Assembly: GCA_951406725.2 (NCBI GenBank)
Contig: OX597820.1
Span: forward strand, 39,494,001 to 39,558,000
DNA from: Octopus vulgaris
Lineage: Eukaryota
Direction: 5' to 3'
Length of the DNA stretch: 64,000 nt
A model generated the notes under the pieces. It ran no database searches. It was not told where the DNA came from and saw nothing but the letters and a program-made list of their open reading frames with translations. Position 1 is the stretch's first letter, and each line of letters starts with the position of its first letter. This document shows positions 50,011 through 64,000 of this stretch, in pieces. Made by a program: the position numbers and the translations under genes.

Positions 50011-50065
<55 letters not shown>

Positions 50066-51029
50066 ATGTATTTGTTTTCCCATATTCTTGATGTGCAATC
50101 GTATGTTGAAACCGATACTGTTATATTTCGGGACGGTCATTTTTTTTCTTTTTTGATAAACACACGCACTGTATATTTGTTCTTCATTTTAGTTTTATTA
50201 TTGTTCTTATTTTAGTCTTCTTTGTGAAACATAAGAACAATAATAAAGCTGAAATGAAGAATGATCAATGGAGTGCGTGTGTTTATTTGGCAAAATATAA
50301 AAAAAAGTGACCATACATACATACATACATACATACATGCATACATGCATACATACGACGCGCTTCGTCCAGTTTCCGTCTACGAAATCCACTGACAAGG
50401 CTTTGGTCGGCCACGCCATTGTAGAAGAAACTTGCCCAAGGTGCTACTCAGTGGGACTGAACCCGGAACCAAGTGGCTGAAAAGCAATCTTTTAGCCACA
50501 CAGCCATACTTAACTTCTCTCTGCATGCAGTCCAGACTGCTTGTGTTGGTGGCAGCATTGTTAACTTCGAAGTATTAAGTAACTTCGGCTTGACACAAAC
50601 ATGTACGCTGTATGCAATAAATCAACTATTCATATTGTCTTTATGTTACGAGTATTAATATTTATAGATTAGATAGCTGATATAATGCCAGAGGAGAATC
50701 TAACTTCTGCATGAACAGTGAAACAAAATATAATCGAGTAAACTTAGACGACAAGATAAACTGAACATCACCTCAGAGTGAGTATGAACGTAATATCTTA
50801 TAACAAGGCAGCATTTGTGAATTTCTTATAAGTATTGCGATAAATTTCATGATCGTTATAAATAGTTCTCCACAGTTACTATTTATGAAGGCTCTGGGTA
50901 GTTTCCAAGGCATTGAAGACGTGTTCAATGTTTGTCATTGTATTCCGGACAGCAAGATTTAAGAGACGGACAAAGATGGCAAAGAGGTACAATCCTTTAT
51001 TCTTGTTACCACACCTCTATGAACATCAT

Positions 51030-51410
51030 GGAGGCGCAATGGCCCAGTGGTTAGGCAGCGGACTCGCGGTCATGGGATCGCGGTTTCGATTCCCAGACAG
51101 GGCGTTGTGAGTATTTATTGAGCGAAAACATCTAAAGCTCCACGAGGCTCCGGCAGGGGATGGTGGTGATCCCTGCTGTACTCTTTCACCACAACTTTCT
51201 CTCACTCTTACTTCCTGTTTCTGTTGTACCTGTATTTCAAAGGGGCGGCCTTGTCACTCTCTGTGTCACGCTGAATATCCCAGAGAACTACGTTAAGGGT
51301 ACACGTGTCTGTGGAGTGCTCAGCCACTTACACGTTAATTTCACGAGCAGGCTGTTCCGTTGATCGGATCAACCGGAACCCTCGTCGTCGTAACCGACGG
51401 AGTGCTTCCC
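51030..51410 (+). mobile_element. tRNA-derived SINE (a further family) with 11-bp TSD
   Basis: TSD atgaacatcat at 51019-51029 and 51411-51421; A box tggcccagtgg, B box ggtttcgattccc. Confidence 0.85.
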
Positions 51411-51589
51411 ATGAACATCATTTATATTCCCCGCCGCATCAAAACATGGGCTAACAAGTTTTTTAATTCCAAGTTACTCCGTCCCATGTACATTTTTTGA
51501 CTGGTATACAGTAAACTCTTCCTTCAGCAGAATGGGTTACATAAAATCCCATGAAGGACTCCTTGATCTCTCTTTTAGTTAGAAAAAGG

Positions 51590-52236
51590 CCCTAGAGGAA
51601 GCTATGTCATCTGGCGACGCATCCCAGGTGAAGGTGAAGAGACTGGAATTAAACCAGCACCTCAAAGCCAAACACATGGGCGAGGGAATCAAGGCCGCTG
51701 GATGGGCACGGGTTGTAGAAGCTCAACGTGGAAATGATTCCATAATTCGATCTGTGGTGAATACGCAAGGTGATTTGATAAACGAACCCAAGGAGATGTG
51801 TCGGACCTTTCAGAAGCACTTCGCCCAGCTTTTCTGGGGTGGGGGGTAGAGCGATGGGCCAGATTGCAGGGTTGACCTTACGGACTTCCTCGCCGGCCTG
51901 CCGCGTCTCTCGAGGCAGGATGCGAAGAGCTGTGAAGGGTCGATCACACCTGGGGAAGTTATTGAGGCTATAGCGGACTACGGCAGTGGTAAGGCGCCGG
52001 GTCTCGATGGTCTTCCCTACGAGCTATATAAAAGTATGCCAGACTTATTTGGGAACATACTGGCTAGCGTTTATAGATAATTTCAGGCCCATCACTCTGC
52101 TGAACGCAGAGATGAAGATTTTGGCCAAGTTGTTAGCAAAAAGATTGACGCGTATCGCGGATGGCCTGATCGGAAGGGCACAAACTTGTGCAGTCCCCGG
52201 TAGAACCATCCAAGATAATCTTCATCTTATACGCTA
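51590..52236 (+). mobile_element. Decayed Tx1-type (L1 group) ORF2 fragment
   Basis: GKAPGLDGLPYELY, DNFRPITLLNAEMKILAKLLAKRL and QTCAVPGRTIQDNLHLIRY, with frameshifts and a deletion. Confidence 0.85.
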
Positions 52237-52639
52237 CTTGTTATATACAGTATTTAGTCCACTCAACACCGACATTTTGTACTTTATTCTACCTCAGCAT
52301 GACTTCCTGTTCACAAGTTCTATTTGCAAATTTTGTGCAGTTGGTTTGCTTTTTTTTGGTCTTCAAAGGTTAAAGTGACGCTATATATGGATACTTAAGG
52401 ATAATACAAAGTTTGATGTTTGTGAGGGTTACAAATAAGTTAAAGACAAAGTTTAAGTCATTATTGATAAAGATAAAGTTTAAATTATTATAAAATCTCT
52501 CAAACTTGACCCCTCAAGGAATTCCTTTGTATCAATTTGTATCAAAATTAACTAATTTGGCTCAGTTTCAGTGGAAATGTTCTGTGGAGACATCGGAGCC
52601 AAGCTGTGAATCTCTATGAGTTACATTCGTATCACCCTC

Positions 52640-53185
52640 CCCTTTAGTTACGTAGAACATTTTCAGATTCAGAAGACTCAGGTCCTGCAGAGACCCGAAG
52701 TTTGTTTTCTTTGTGAAAACAAAGTTATTTTCTCAAATGGCACCAAATAGATACAGTGACCTTTCCGAACGCCAGACAAACAAATGGTCATGTTTGAACT
52801 GATCGTGCCTTTGGAGGAACACACACAGGAAGCTCATGAAAAGAAGCTTTCCAGATACCAGGAGCTGGTATAACAGTGCAGAAATAGGAGCTGGCAGTCA
52901 CGTGACCTGTAGTGAGTTTGTAGGGCATTCATTTTGCAAAGCTTTGACTGGGCTTGTAGTAACTGGTGCAACAAAGAGGTAGACTATAACTTCCATCACT
53001 GAAACAACAGAGAAGGTCACTAGGTGATTTTGATAAAGAAGGCAGACCAGTGGTTTGCTGCTTTTGGGATGCAAGCCAGGACTTGATCAACGCTAGCTGG
53101 GTCAACTGGGTAAGGGGCTCTGATGTTGAAAGACCAGAAACCCCCTGAGACTCCAGAAACATGACTGACGATACGTCCTAGAGCG
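52640..53185 (+). mobile_element. Decayed Hero/NeSL-like RLE retroelement 3' end
   Basis: Remnants read DTVTFSER..QMVMFELIVPLEEHTQEAHEKKLSRYQELV, like the Hero ELTVPWEE..EAHERKLSKY motif; the 3'UTR has the gaaagacc.gaaac.ccc...actga.gat pattern. Confidence 0.65.
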
Positions 53186-53223
53186 TCAGGGAGATGTATC
53201 TTAAAAATATGCATAAGAATATT

Positions 53224-53255
<32 letters not shown>

Positions 53256-53350
53256 TGTATGTATGTATGTATGTATGTATGTATGTATGTATATATATAT
53301 ATATGTGTGTGTCTGTGTGTGTGTGTGTGTATATATATGTGTGTGTGTGT

Positions 53351-53736
53351 AATAACAACGGATGGATTGTAGTTCACTGACTACAGCTGTTTTAGATGTG
53401 GTTTTTATTGATGTGTAGAATTATTACATATTACGAAAAAAATAAAAAGGAATAACAGACGCTTTCATCAGGTGAATATATTTGCGAAATAAAGCTTTCA
53501 AAATATCTTAGAATCCAAGTAAGTGCTATTTCATGACTCTCTGGCCGAATTTTCGCCAGAGAGTCGTGGACTGGCACTTACTTGGATTCTAAGATGTTTT
53601 GAAAGGCTTAATTCGAAGATACATACACCTGATGAAATCGTGTTTTGTTTTCAAATGATGTAATACTTCTATTCATCAATAAAACGCACGTCTGAAACAG
53701 CTGTAGTGAGCGAACCACAATCTCTCTGCTGTTATT
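53351..53736. mobile_element. ~385-bp foldback element containing a hammerhead ribozyme motif
   Basis: Arms symmetric around ~53549 (tcttagaatccaagtaagtgc / gcacttacttggattctaaga). cac-CTGATGA at 53626-53635 ... GAAACAGCTGTA-gtg at 53694-53708. Confidence 0.7.
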
Positions 53737-54282
53737 TGTTTATTATTCACTATACTCGGAACATGGAATTAGCGTGAAACTGGAGTCTATTGAGTGCAGT
53801 ACAATTGGCGTAGTGCTTGTACAAAGGTGCAGTCTTGAGATACATGGTATATTCAGTCAGCTGTTTGTTATTGTACATGCAACTGGAGTGTAAATCCGTG
53901 TTTACTTCGGTAAGTATATACACGTTACACAAATTTTGCTTTGTATGCAATAGCGATTTCACTGACCGGATCTTAATGCTTTACTATTTGAAGATCTGAT
54001 TCACTTGAATCCTGAACTTATATATATATATGTAGACACACAAATAAGTATATATATGTTCATACATATATCTCTCTTCTGTGTGTGTGTAGACAGGTAG
54101 TCAATCAGGTAAGTAGTAAGCTAGCTAGCTAGCTAGCAAACTAGAAGCTATTATAGGTGAATAGCCAGAAAAATCTATAGATAATTATTGAGTGACACAG
54201 TGAAATGGATAAACTAGAGAAACAGATGACGAAATAAATATATAAATAAATACATCAAGGAAGAAAGAAAGATTGAATACAC

Positions 54283-54325
<43 letters not shown>

Positions 54326-54407
54326 CAAGAAAAAGAGAGCTAATAGGCAAATAGATAAAGAGATAGATAAAAAGATGGAAAGAGAGAAACTGAGTGAGTG
54401 AGTGATA

Positions 54408-54474
<67 letters not shown>

Positions 54475-54826
54475 TGTGTGTGTAGATGGTGAACGAGAGT
54501 GAATGAATGAGAGATTAAGAGACAGAAAGCGATAAAGCTCAACATAAGTGGCGTGAAGTAAAAGGTTTGGATTCTAAAATAAATATGGTTGTGTCTGATT
54601 TATTGGAAAGTAAAAACAGACAGTGAAAGCGACGAAATTTTAAGACAATGGAGAGTGTCTTTCTTCAACTTTGATGCTTCGAGTAGTCAGAATTTCTAAG
54701 ACGAAAGCGAAAATATCGATCTTCGAATTAAATGCTGTCTACCATTTAAGTCCCTGAGAAGGTCGACCTTTTAAAACTTTGACAGTGATTCTTATATTTG
54801 TTTGTTCGCTCGATCATTTGATTACA

Positions 54827-54927
<101 letters not shown>

Positions 54928-55032
54928 TAATAATAATAATAAACAACAACAACTTAAAAATAACAAACCTACCTGATACAATAATCGTATAATGACTGCT
55001 ACCACGACTACTATATAGTAGATTTTTTAAAG

Positions 55033-55087
<55 letters not shown>

Positions 55088-55099
55088 CCTGCTTGTATG

Positions 55100-55149
<50 letters not shown>

Positions 55150-55388
55150 CACATATATACATATATATGCATATATATATGTGTGTGAGTGTGTGTTTAT
55201 AAGATACATTTATTTATATAATATACTACGTGTATATAAAATACTCATGTATATATAATGTGCATATGTATGTGTATGTACATCAACGGTCACATAAACA
55301 TATAAATACACATATAGTATGCACACATACGCACACACACACACACACGCACATACACACACAAACACACCTTTACTTATTCACGCCC

Positions 55389-55440
<52 letters not shown>

Positions 55441-56786
55441 CATACACACACACACAAACATAACTTTGATGGCTTTCTAAACAGCACGTCATTGATAAAG
55501 GTTGATATTTCAAAACTTCAATATCCGAGATATGTTGAGAAGAAGATTAGATGTGTTTCTGGCAAATCTGAAGAAGAACCACCGATAAACGGAAGCATTA
55601 AATACAATATATGTAAATGATATTCAAGGCAAACTGACAGAGTCTTGTATTCGTAAAAGTCAAGGAGTTGTTGGTTTTAAATTTATATTTAAAAGTATCT
55701 TTTTAATATTATCTACCTCTCAATTGATGTTGGCTGTTTTTGGTGTTTAGCAAAAATGATTTTCTATCTAACTATACACTAGATGCAAGTGCAAACATAT
55801 ATACACAAACACACACACGCCATCCCCCCCCCTAAGTACATCGTCGTAATGTTCTATTTTAGTGGTAAAGCGCGGCTTTTTAGAGGTGTTCTTTCTTTGG
55901 CTAGATTTATAACTTTTCCTGCTTGGAAATACTTGGTCACACAGCTATAACCTCAATATCTCAATACGTCTGTAATCACAGAAAACTCAAATGAATTTAT
56001 AAATTATTCGTTGAATTTGCAGATTTGTATTTAGTAATCCATACTAATCCATCATGAGTTCCTCAATGGAACATTGCTTTTACGCAGGGCCGTTTTAGCA
56101 TCATTATAGACCCCTGAACAAATGAATGCCCTGGGCCCTATAGTGTTTATTTTTATTTATTGACAACAAGCCACAGCATAAATAGATCAGAATAAGGCCC
56201 TTAGACCCTCACGGAGATAGGAGCTTAATTACTTGGATATTGCCATTATAGACATATGTCTCAAGCATAATGTTAGAATAATATTCAACATCTTATCAAT
56301 CTTTATTGTGTCGAAGTCCTATTCCTAACGTCGGAATTATTCCGAAATTTAATCCCCTCATCCACTTGAGAAAGATTCTTCAGAACATGAAATTGGCTTG
56401 TCTCTCATTCCTTTATACAACGATGTTTAGTTTTGGACGAATCTCTTATCGATTTTTTTTTTCTTTCGGTTACTCTTAACTCTATCCAACGTTTCTTACT
56501 TGTAACCTTTAACTCTGATAGTTATCAGAATATATTAAAAATATTCTTATTCTATTTCATTTTATTGTTTTATAGAGTTTAGGCTATGAACAGATAAAAC
56601 ACTGCAGCATTATTTGAAGGGTTTAGTCGAATGAATCTGACTAATTCTTGTCTTATCGACCTCATAAGAACGAAATGTAAAGTAAACATGGGCGTAAAAA
56701 AACAAGGGTAGAAGCAAATAACACACAGTATTTTCAGTATGTCATGCTGTTTTTTTTTTCAATATATATTTTGTGTATTCCATATA

Positions 56787-56983
56787 TTCTCTTTTACTCT
56801 TTTACTTGTTTCAGTCATTTGACTGTGGCCATGCTGGAGCACCGCCTTTAGTCGAGTTAATCGACCCCAGGACTATTCTTTATAAGCCTAGTACTTATTC
56901 TATCGGTTTCTTTTGCCGAACCGCTAAGTTACGGGGACGTAAACACACTAGCATCGGTTGTCAAGCGATGTTGGGGGACAAAC

Positions 56984-57044
<61 letters not shown>

Positions 57045-57150
57045 CATATATACGACGGGCTTCTTTCAGTTTCCGTCTACCAAATCCACTCACAAAGCTT
57101 TGGTCGACCCGAGGCTATAGTAGAAGACATTTTCCCAAGGTGCCACGCAC
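56787..57150 (-). mobile_element. SINE family A (5'-truncated)
   Basis: Matches family consensus. Confidence 0.85.
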
Positions 57151-57879
57151 ATCTGTATCTTAGGAACGTAAGAACTTCTGGTTAAATACGGATATGTATA
57201 GTGATGTGTCATTATGGCATAACCGAATGGATCCTTCGTCGAATCCAACGATGAGTATTTCAGGTGATTGGTCAACTGAAACTACTTAGAAAATTATAGT
57301 ATTAGTGGTTGAATATTCCGTTAACGTAATCCTCAAACAGAATTAGTGTGACACGACGACTGACTAGGCTGGCTCTTGAAATTATAGAAACAGGCCATTC
57401 GGCAAGTCTTTGTGAAGTTGTACCTCTCCTTTTCCACTAACAAGGTTACGAGTGTAGGCACGATCAGGGATTAAGAAGTTCGCTATACAATTACGAAGTC
57501 TTGGTTTTCCATTATAGAGCCTGGCATCATGGGTGATATCATTTACAATAAACTCGAGTAAACTGATATAACATTAAGAATAGATCTATCAGGAGCTTAA
57601 TTGATATACTACTTTGGTGTGGTTTAATTGATATAAAATTATCGATATATTTATGAAAAGTCAAATTGGTTTACAACTATGGTACAGCTAAATTGACCTA
57701 ACATTATATATAAACATGTGGACAGGACATACCACTATAGGTAGCTTAATTGAAATACCTCTATTGCTAAAAGAATGACCAATGAAAGTAATAAATTACA
57801 ATGAATAATGGTATGGTTATCTAAATTTTTTCTTTATTTTTCTATGGTTGAGATTATATGACTCCGGATATCTTACAAT

Positions 57880-58371
57880 AATTCTGCTTGTCACTCTGTT
57901 ACTTAGCCCGCCCGTAACGCTTCCACGTGATTAGTTGAAGGGGGGATGAATGGAAGGAGTGGAAGACAGCAGGTAAGAGAGGGGAGGAGAGGGAGAGGGA
58001 GTTGAAGTGGTGAGTGAAATGTGAAATCTTTTTGAAATAGGATTTTTTCCCTTTACTTAGCCTGTCTTTAACGCTTTCACGAAGAGTGAACGGAAAAGGA
58101 TGGGCAAAAAGAGGGTAAGGAGAAGAGTGAGAGAGAAAAAGGGAGAGTGTTGTGTATTATGTCTATAAAATTGTGCATAAAGTTATATAAAGTGCATTAA
58201 GTAATCGCCCTATTCCAATTTCCTTCACGTTTCAATGATTAACAGATGAGTGACTATCTTTTGATACAGACACAACACAGGCTACGCTTTCAGGTTCTCT
58301 GGATAAAGTTTTCAGAAATAACCAATAAGTTTACCTTTAATTTCGTGAAATATTCACGGGTCCCGCTAGTC
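57880..58371 (-). mobile_element. Helentron-type non-autonomous element
   Basis: Ends cacgggtcccgctagt (ACTAG terminus on -); internal repeat tacttagcc...taacgctt.cacg at ~57900 and ~58054. Confidence 0.5.
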
Positions 58372-60309
58372 TAAATTAATATTCCCCTGTGGCATAGCTA
58401 AAGCGATAGACATTGCTGACAAATTTTCTTGAATAAAAGCAAGTTTTAATTCACGGATTGTAGGTAGTTCAATTCAGTTATGTTAATAATTCCAATTAGA
58501 AAAAAGTCTCCAGTATCACATAACCACATCGTCAGCCCCTTTAAATTTGAAGCTTTCATAGTGGACAGATCGCGACAAGCCAAATTAACACGGTTTCAAA
58601 TACAGGTTGGAGCAAATTAACATTAATTACACGCCTATTACCTCGAAATAAATGTCACACAGTTTCATTTGCTATTTTCTATAAATCTGAAATTGTGTAG
58701 CCGGTGAAAAAAGTTCCCTATAATTATAAACATTTTGAACTGAGAATCTAATGAGATGAAGAGAGAAATAATTAGACACAGTATTTCAATTGAATTTAGG
58801 TGATTTGAAATTCTTGAAATTTAATTTCTAATTTCTGTCATAATGGTGACAAGACATGCATCGTGATTTCCTATTCCCTCCGCCTATTATTAATTGCTAA
58901 ATTGCCAAATAAAACTGTTATATTTGTGCGGATTTATGTAACATCTTTTATCTTCTTTTACTTGTTTTTAGTTATTGAACTGCAGCCATGCTAAGGCATT
59001 GCCTAGAAGGGCTTTAGTCGAACAAATCGACCGCAGGACATATTTTACGTTTTAATTCTGATACCTATTCTATCAGTTTATGTTCATAAAACAATAAGTT
59101 GCAACCACGGTTGTGAAGCGATGCGGAGGAAAAACACAGACAAAAAGACTCACGTACACACATATACATATGACGGGTTTAAATTGGTTTGGTACAGCTA
59201 AATTGACTTAACATTATATATAAACATGTGGACAGGAAATACCTCTATTGCTAAAAGAATGGTCAATGAAAGTAACATATTACAGTTTCCGCCAATCAAA
59301 TTCACTCACAAGGCATTGGTCGACCCAGGGCTATAGTAGAAGACGCTTGCCCATGGTGCTGTGCAGCGGGACTGAACCCAAAATCCCGCTGTTTCAAATT
59401 AAGTTTCATACTGTTTAGTTTTTTGAAAGATATTTTTATTTTATTAACATTAAGAAGAGTTAGAGTTTGACTGAAAGGAGATTGGTTGCTGAATAAACAC
59501 GTAGATGGTCCGGCAGTGGCTTTTTTAACGATAGTTGGGTTCACTATACAGACACATCATCGATTTTCTGTAAATTTTGGTTCCGAAGCCTTAACGAATC
59601 AATCCGTTTTGCCGGACCATCTGCGGTCATTTGATAATAATACTGTTTAACAATTTTTTTTTCTTTTTATCTCTCTTTGGTCAGTAAGTGACTCCAGTTC
59701 TCCACTGGTACTTATTTTTTGGTACTTATTTTATCGACCCCGAATAGGTGAAATGTAAACTTGAGCTCAGCGGTGTTTGAACTCAGAACATAGAGCTGGA
59801 AGAAAATGCCGTTAAGTATTTTGTCCGGCGTGCTGATGGTTCTGCCAGTTCTCCACCCACTTTTTTGTGAATGACTATATTGGTTTTCAAATTTTGGCAC
59901 AAGGTCAGTGATTTCGAGGAGAGGGTATGTCTGTTACATTGACCTCAATGTCCAAATAGTACAAGACAGCGAGCTGGCAGAAACGTTAGCGTGCTGGGTG
60001 AAATGCTTAGCGGTATTTCGTCTGTTTTTACGTTCTGAGTTCAAATTCCACCGAGGTCGACTTTGCCTTTCACCCTTTCGGGTCAATAAATTAAGTTCTA
60101 GTTGCGTGCTGAGGTCGATCTATTCGACTGGCTCTCTCCCCCAAAATTTCGGGCCTTGTGCCTAGAGTAGGATAGAATGTCCAACTAGTACTTATTTTAT
60201 CAAAAGGTTGAGAGGTAAAGTCGACCCTGGCGGCATTCGAACTCGGTGTGTGTGTGACTATATTAGTTGCTATATATTTCTTCTAAATGGCATTTATTAT
60301 TGCACGCAC

Positions 60310-60383
<74 letters not shown>

Positions 60384-61586
60384 ACAGACACACACACACG
60401 CACACACACATGCATAGAAACAACACACATTTTGTTTGTAATTTCTTCAAAGAATAGACATTGTTTTTGAATAATCATAGCTTCAATTATTTTCTGAAAA
60501 ATTTCTTTATCTTTGATTTCACATGAAATGGTGATAATAACTTTTAACTTAGACAGCGGACTAGCAATCTTGTGGGAAGGGAATTAACCAATTACATCAA
60601 TCACAGTACGTAACTGGTACTTTATTTTATCAAACCCGAAAGAATAAAAGCATAATTGATTTCTACCACAAATATAGGGCTACAAGAACAATCTGTAAAG
60701 TATAGGATATTCACTATTCAATCCGGTTTTTAGTGCTATGAGTTCAAATCTTACCAAAATCAAGAGTTTGAACCTTGTTGATCACGAAATGTCCAGTTCA
60801 ACACTGAACTGGTACATTCACTGTGTAACACAATGGGGACATAGAGGGGACAAACAAGGAGAGACAAAGGCATTAAGTCGATTACATCGACCCCAGTGCG
60901 GTACTGATACTTAATTTATCGACCCCGAGAGGATAAAAGTCAAAATAGACGTCAGCGGAATTTGAACTCAGAACCTAACGGCAGACGAAAGCATTTCGCC
61001 CGGTGTGCTAACGATTCTGCCAGCTCGCCTTAATACGTCTTATATTTTTTAGCGGTATAGGATCAATAAGATAAAGTTCGAATTATGGACAGGAGGCAGT
61101 TTAAAGGGCTGCACTTTATCTTACAAAATTTTGTCTTGTGTCTACTTTAGCTATCATTATTTGTATTGCTTAAAGACTTCTTCACAATGTTCTGAAGTCT
61201 TATTGATGTACCATGTAGTATTAGTAGTAGCAGCAGCAGCAGCAGGAGTAATTGTAGTAGTAGTAGTAGTAGTCGTCGAGCGGTAGTAGCAACAGCGGCG
61301 GCTAACTATGTAACTATCGTTTTATAGATGTACTGCTATGTGACCGAACATAAAAAGAAATATAATAAAGTTTAGAGGATAAATAAAAAATAAAAAACAA
61401 ATTAAACAAAATAAAACAACAAAGGTGTGATGTTATCAAAGACTCAGGCAATATTGTTTAAAATAAATTAGATAGAAATGTTTCAGAATAAAAAATAAAT
61501 AAATATAAGTTAAAATAGAATAAACGAAAGAACAACAAAAAAAACAAAAAATATTGGTCAGCATTATTGTACGATGAATCAAGCCG

Positions 61587-61640
<54 letters not shown>

Positions 61641-62591
61641 CACACACACACACATACCCACCTATATACACAAATAATCACATATACATATATATATGTA
61701 TGTGTATATATATGTATATATGTGTGTGTATACACACACATACAGATACCTACTCTTTCATACTCTCTCGCCCTCTCTTCCCCCCACTCTCTCTCTCTCA
61801 CACACACTATAATTTCATTTTATATATTGATATTGATTCCTTTTGGCTAAAGAATTTTCTGTCGAACCATATAGTTACGGATTCAACCCCACTGCATATA
61901 ACTTTCGGCAAGGGTCTTCTTCTACACCATATGTTTTAAAAACCTTGTCAGCGAATTTCGGTAGGGGAAACTGTACGGAAGTCGTTCAGATGTATGTATG
62001 CTTTTATATATGCGTGTGCGTGCGTGTGAGTATCCTCGTATGTATGTATGTATGTATGTATGTATGTATGTACGTATGTACACACACACACATATATAAT
62101 ATATAATATATATATACATATATACATACATACATACATACATACATACATACATACATACATACCGGCGTTCACCAACTCAACAGCAGCCCTTCCTATT
62201 TGTTTCGCCGTCCCGTTTTTGTTACCAGCTTTGACTCTCCGCAAAATCCCAAATTTGATTTAATTTGCTTTTCGAGAGCAACTGTTTTGTCGAAAATGTA
62301 TCTTGTCGCGAATTGCTCGAAATACGAAGTAGAAAAACAGCCAACAACTGATGAAGAGTTCTTGTTTTTTCTTTTTTTTTAATGTTGCTTGTCTTGTTTT
62401 CCATTTGTTGTTTTCGTTGTTCACAAAAATAGTTCGTATTCTCTGTTTTCGTATTTCGTATTTCATGTTATTTACATTCTGTGGTGTCTTCTGTCCATAT
62501 ATGCATGTATGTATATATGTATGCATACATATTTATATATTATTCATATTACTATATGATTGAACGCCACTCATCCATTTCCAAGTAAGTT

Positions 62592-63312
<721 letters not shown>

Positions 63313-63487
63313 TATGCATGTTCGTGTATCGGTGATGAATGATTAAAAAAGCACCATCGAAAAAAAATTCCCTAAAACTTTGTTATATAATTGCGTGAGT
63401 TATAATCTCTTTTTGCTTTGGTCAACTCTTTTAAACGTCTCTTACATAAAATAGGTACCAGATGAAATAAAATGAAATAAAACAAAA

Positions 63488-63613
63488 TAAAATAAATGTG
63501 AGGACTATATAATCAAATTAAATTTTGAGGGTTGTTCTCGAACTTGGCTGCAGCCAAGTTCGAGAACAACCCTCAAAATTTAATTTGATTATATAGTCCT
63601 CACATTTATTTTA
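63488..63613. repeat. Perfect 126-bp palindrome with no spacer
   Basis: 63-bp arms centred on aacttggctg|cagccaagtt (63550/63551). Confidence 0.95.
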
Positions 63614-63649
63614 CCGATGAATAGCACCGGTCGCTGAAACTCGTAATTA

Positions 63650-63850
63650 TAGCCATTGAGAAGAAACATCAGATAATACGAAAGAGCACACGAGAAGCTT
63701 CACTCCTCCGTTGTATGAAGTTGCTTCACCTGCAGTAGATGTCATCACTGTTGCAAATCAAGACCAGGCCTTATAGCCCACATGCGAGACTGTCAGAGAT
63801 TATTACGGACCAAGAACAGTCAGTGTCGACCAACGACGGACAACCGAAGA
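63650..63850 (+). mobile_element. RTE LINE 3' end with C-terminal zinc finger
   Basis: FTCSRCHHCCKSRPGLIAHMRDCQR (RTE CxxC...GLxxHxR) followed by a gtcgaccaacgacggacaaccgaaga tail motif. Confidence 0.7.
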
Positions 63851-64000
63851 CTCTAATTAAGCTAAACAGAATTTGAACTCAGAATGCAAAGAATATGAAT
63901 ATGTCACTTGACCTTTCTGCAATGCACTAAGTTCATTTTAAAATTATGTCATTCTGAAAAGGGGAAGCCCAATTAAGTGAGAAGTGTAATTCGAGTCACT

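Noticed and set aside
62314-62360. Type II hammerhead (GAAA...CTGATGA order)
   Set aside because: Stems I and III cannot be paired convincingly.

Overview
Eukaryotic, AT-rich, repeat- and microsatellite-dense animal DNA. The SINE families and repeat style look like an octopus (cephalopod) genome; this is an inference. The only host gene I can support is the 3' part of SLC35B3 (PAPST2, Golgi PAPS transporter) on the + strand: 8 coding exons from 3176 to 21019, all GT-AG, phase-consistent, 912 nt = 303 aa + stop. Its N-terminal exons lie upstream of the window. The rest is mobile DNA: several SINE families (three abundant), CR1, RTE, Tx1, Dong/R4, Hero-like and Penelope (GIY-YIG) retroelement fragments, Tc1/pogo/hAT MITEs, Helentron-type non-autonomous elements and many microsatellites. 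Most notable: (1) a tRNA-headed SINE with a Penelope-type hammerhead-ribozyme tail, inserted with an inverted tail copy and a 12-bp TSD, plus other hairpin elements carrying hammerhead motifs; (2) a ~2-kb ORF1-only (HAL1-like) Tx1/L1-type retroelement with a 14-bp TSD, nested in a SINE inside a decayed RTE between ~250-bp inverted repeats; (3) three short locally templated insertions into SINEs; (4) a CpG-decay contrast between the genic left part and the intergenic right part. Most long ORFs in the supplied track are microsatellite artefacts.
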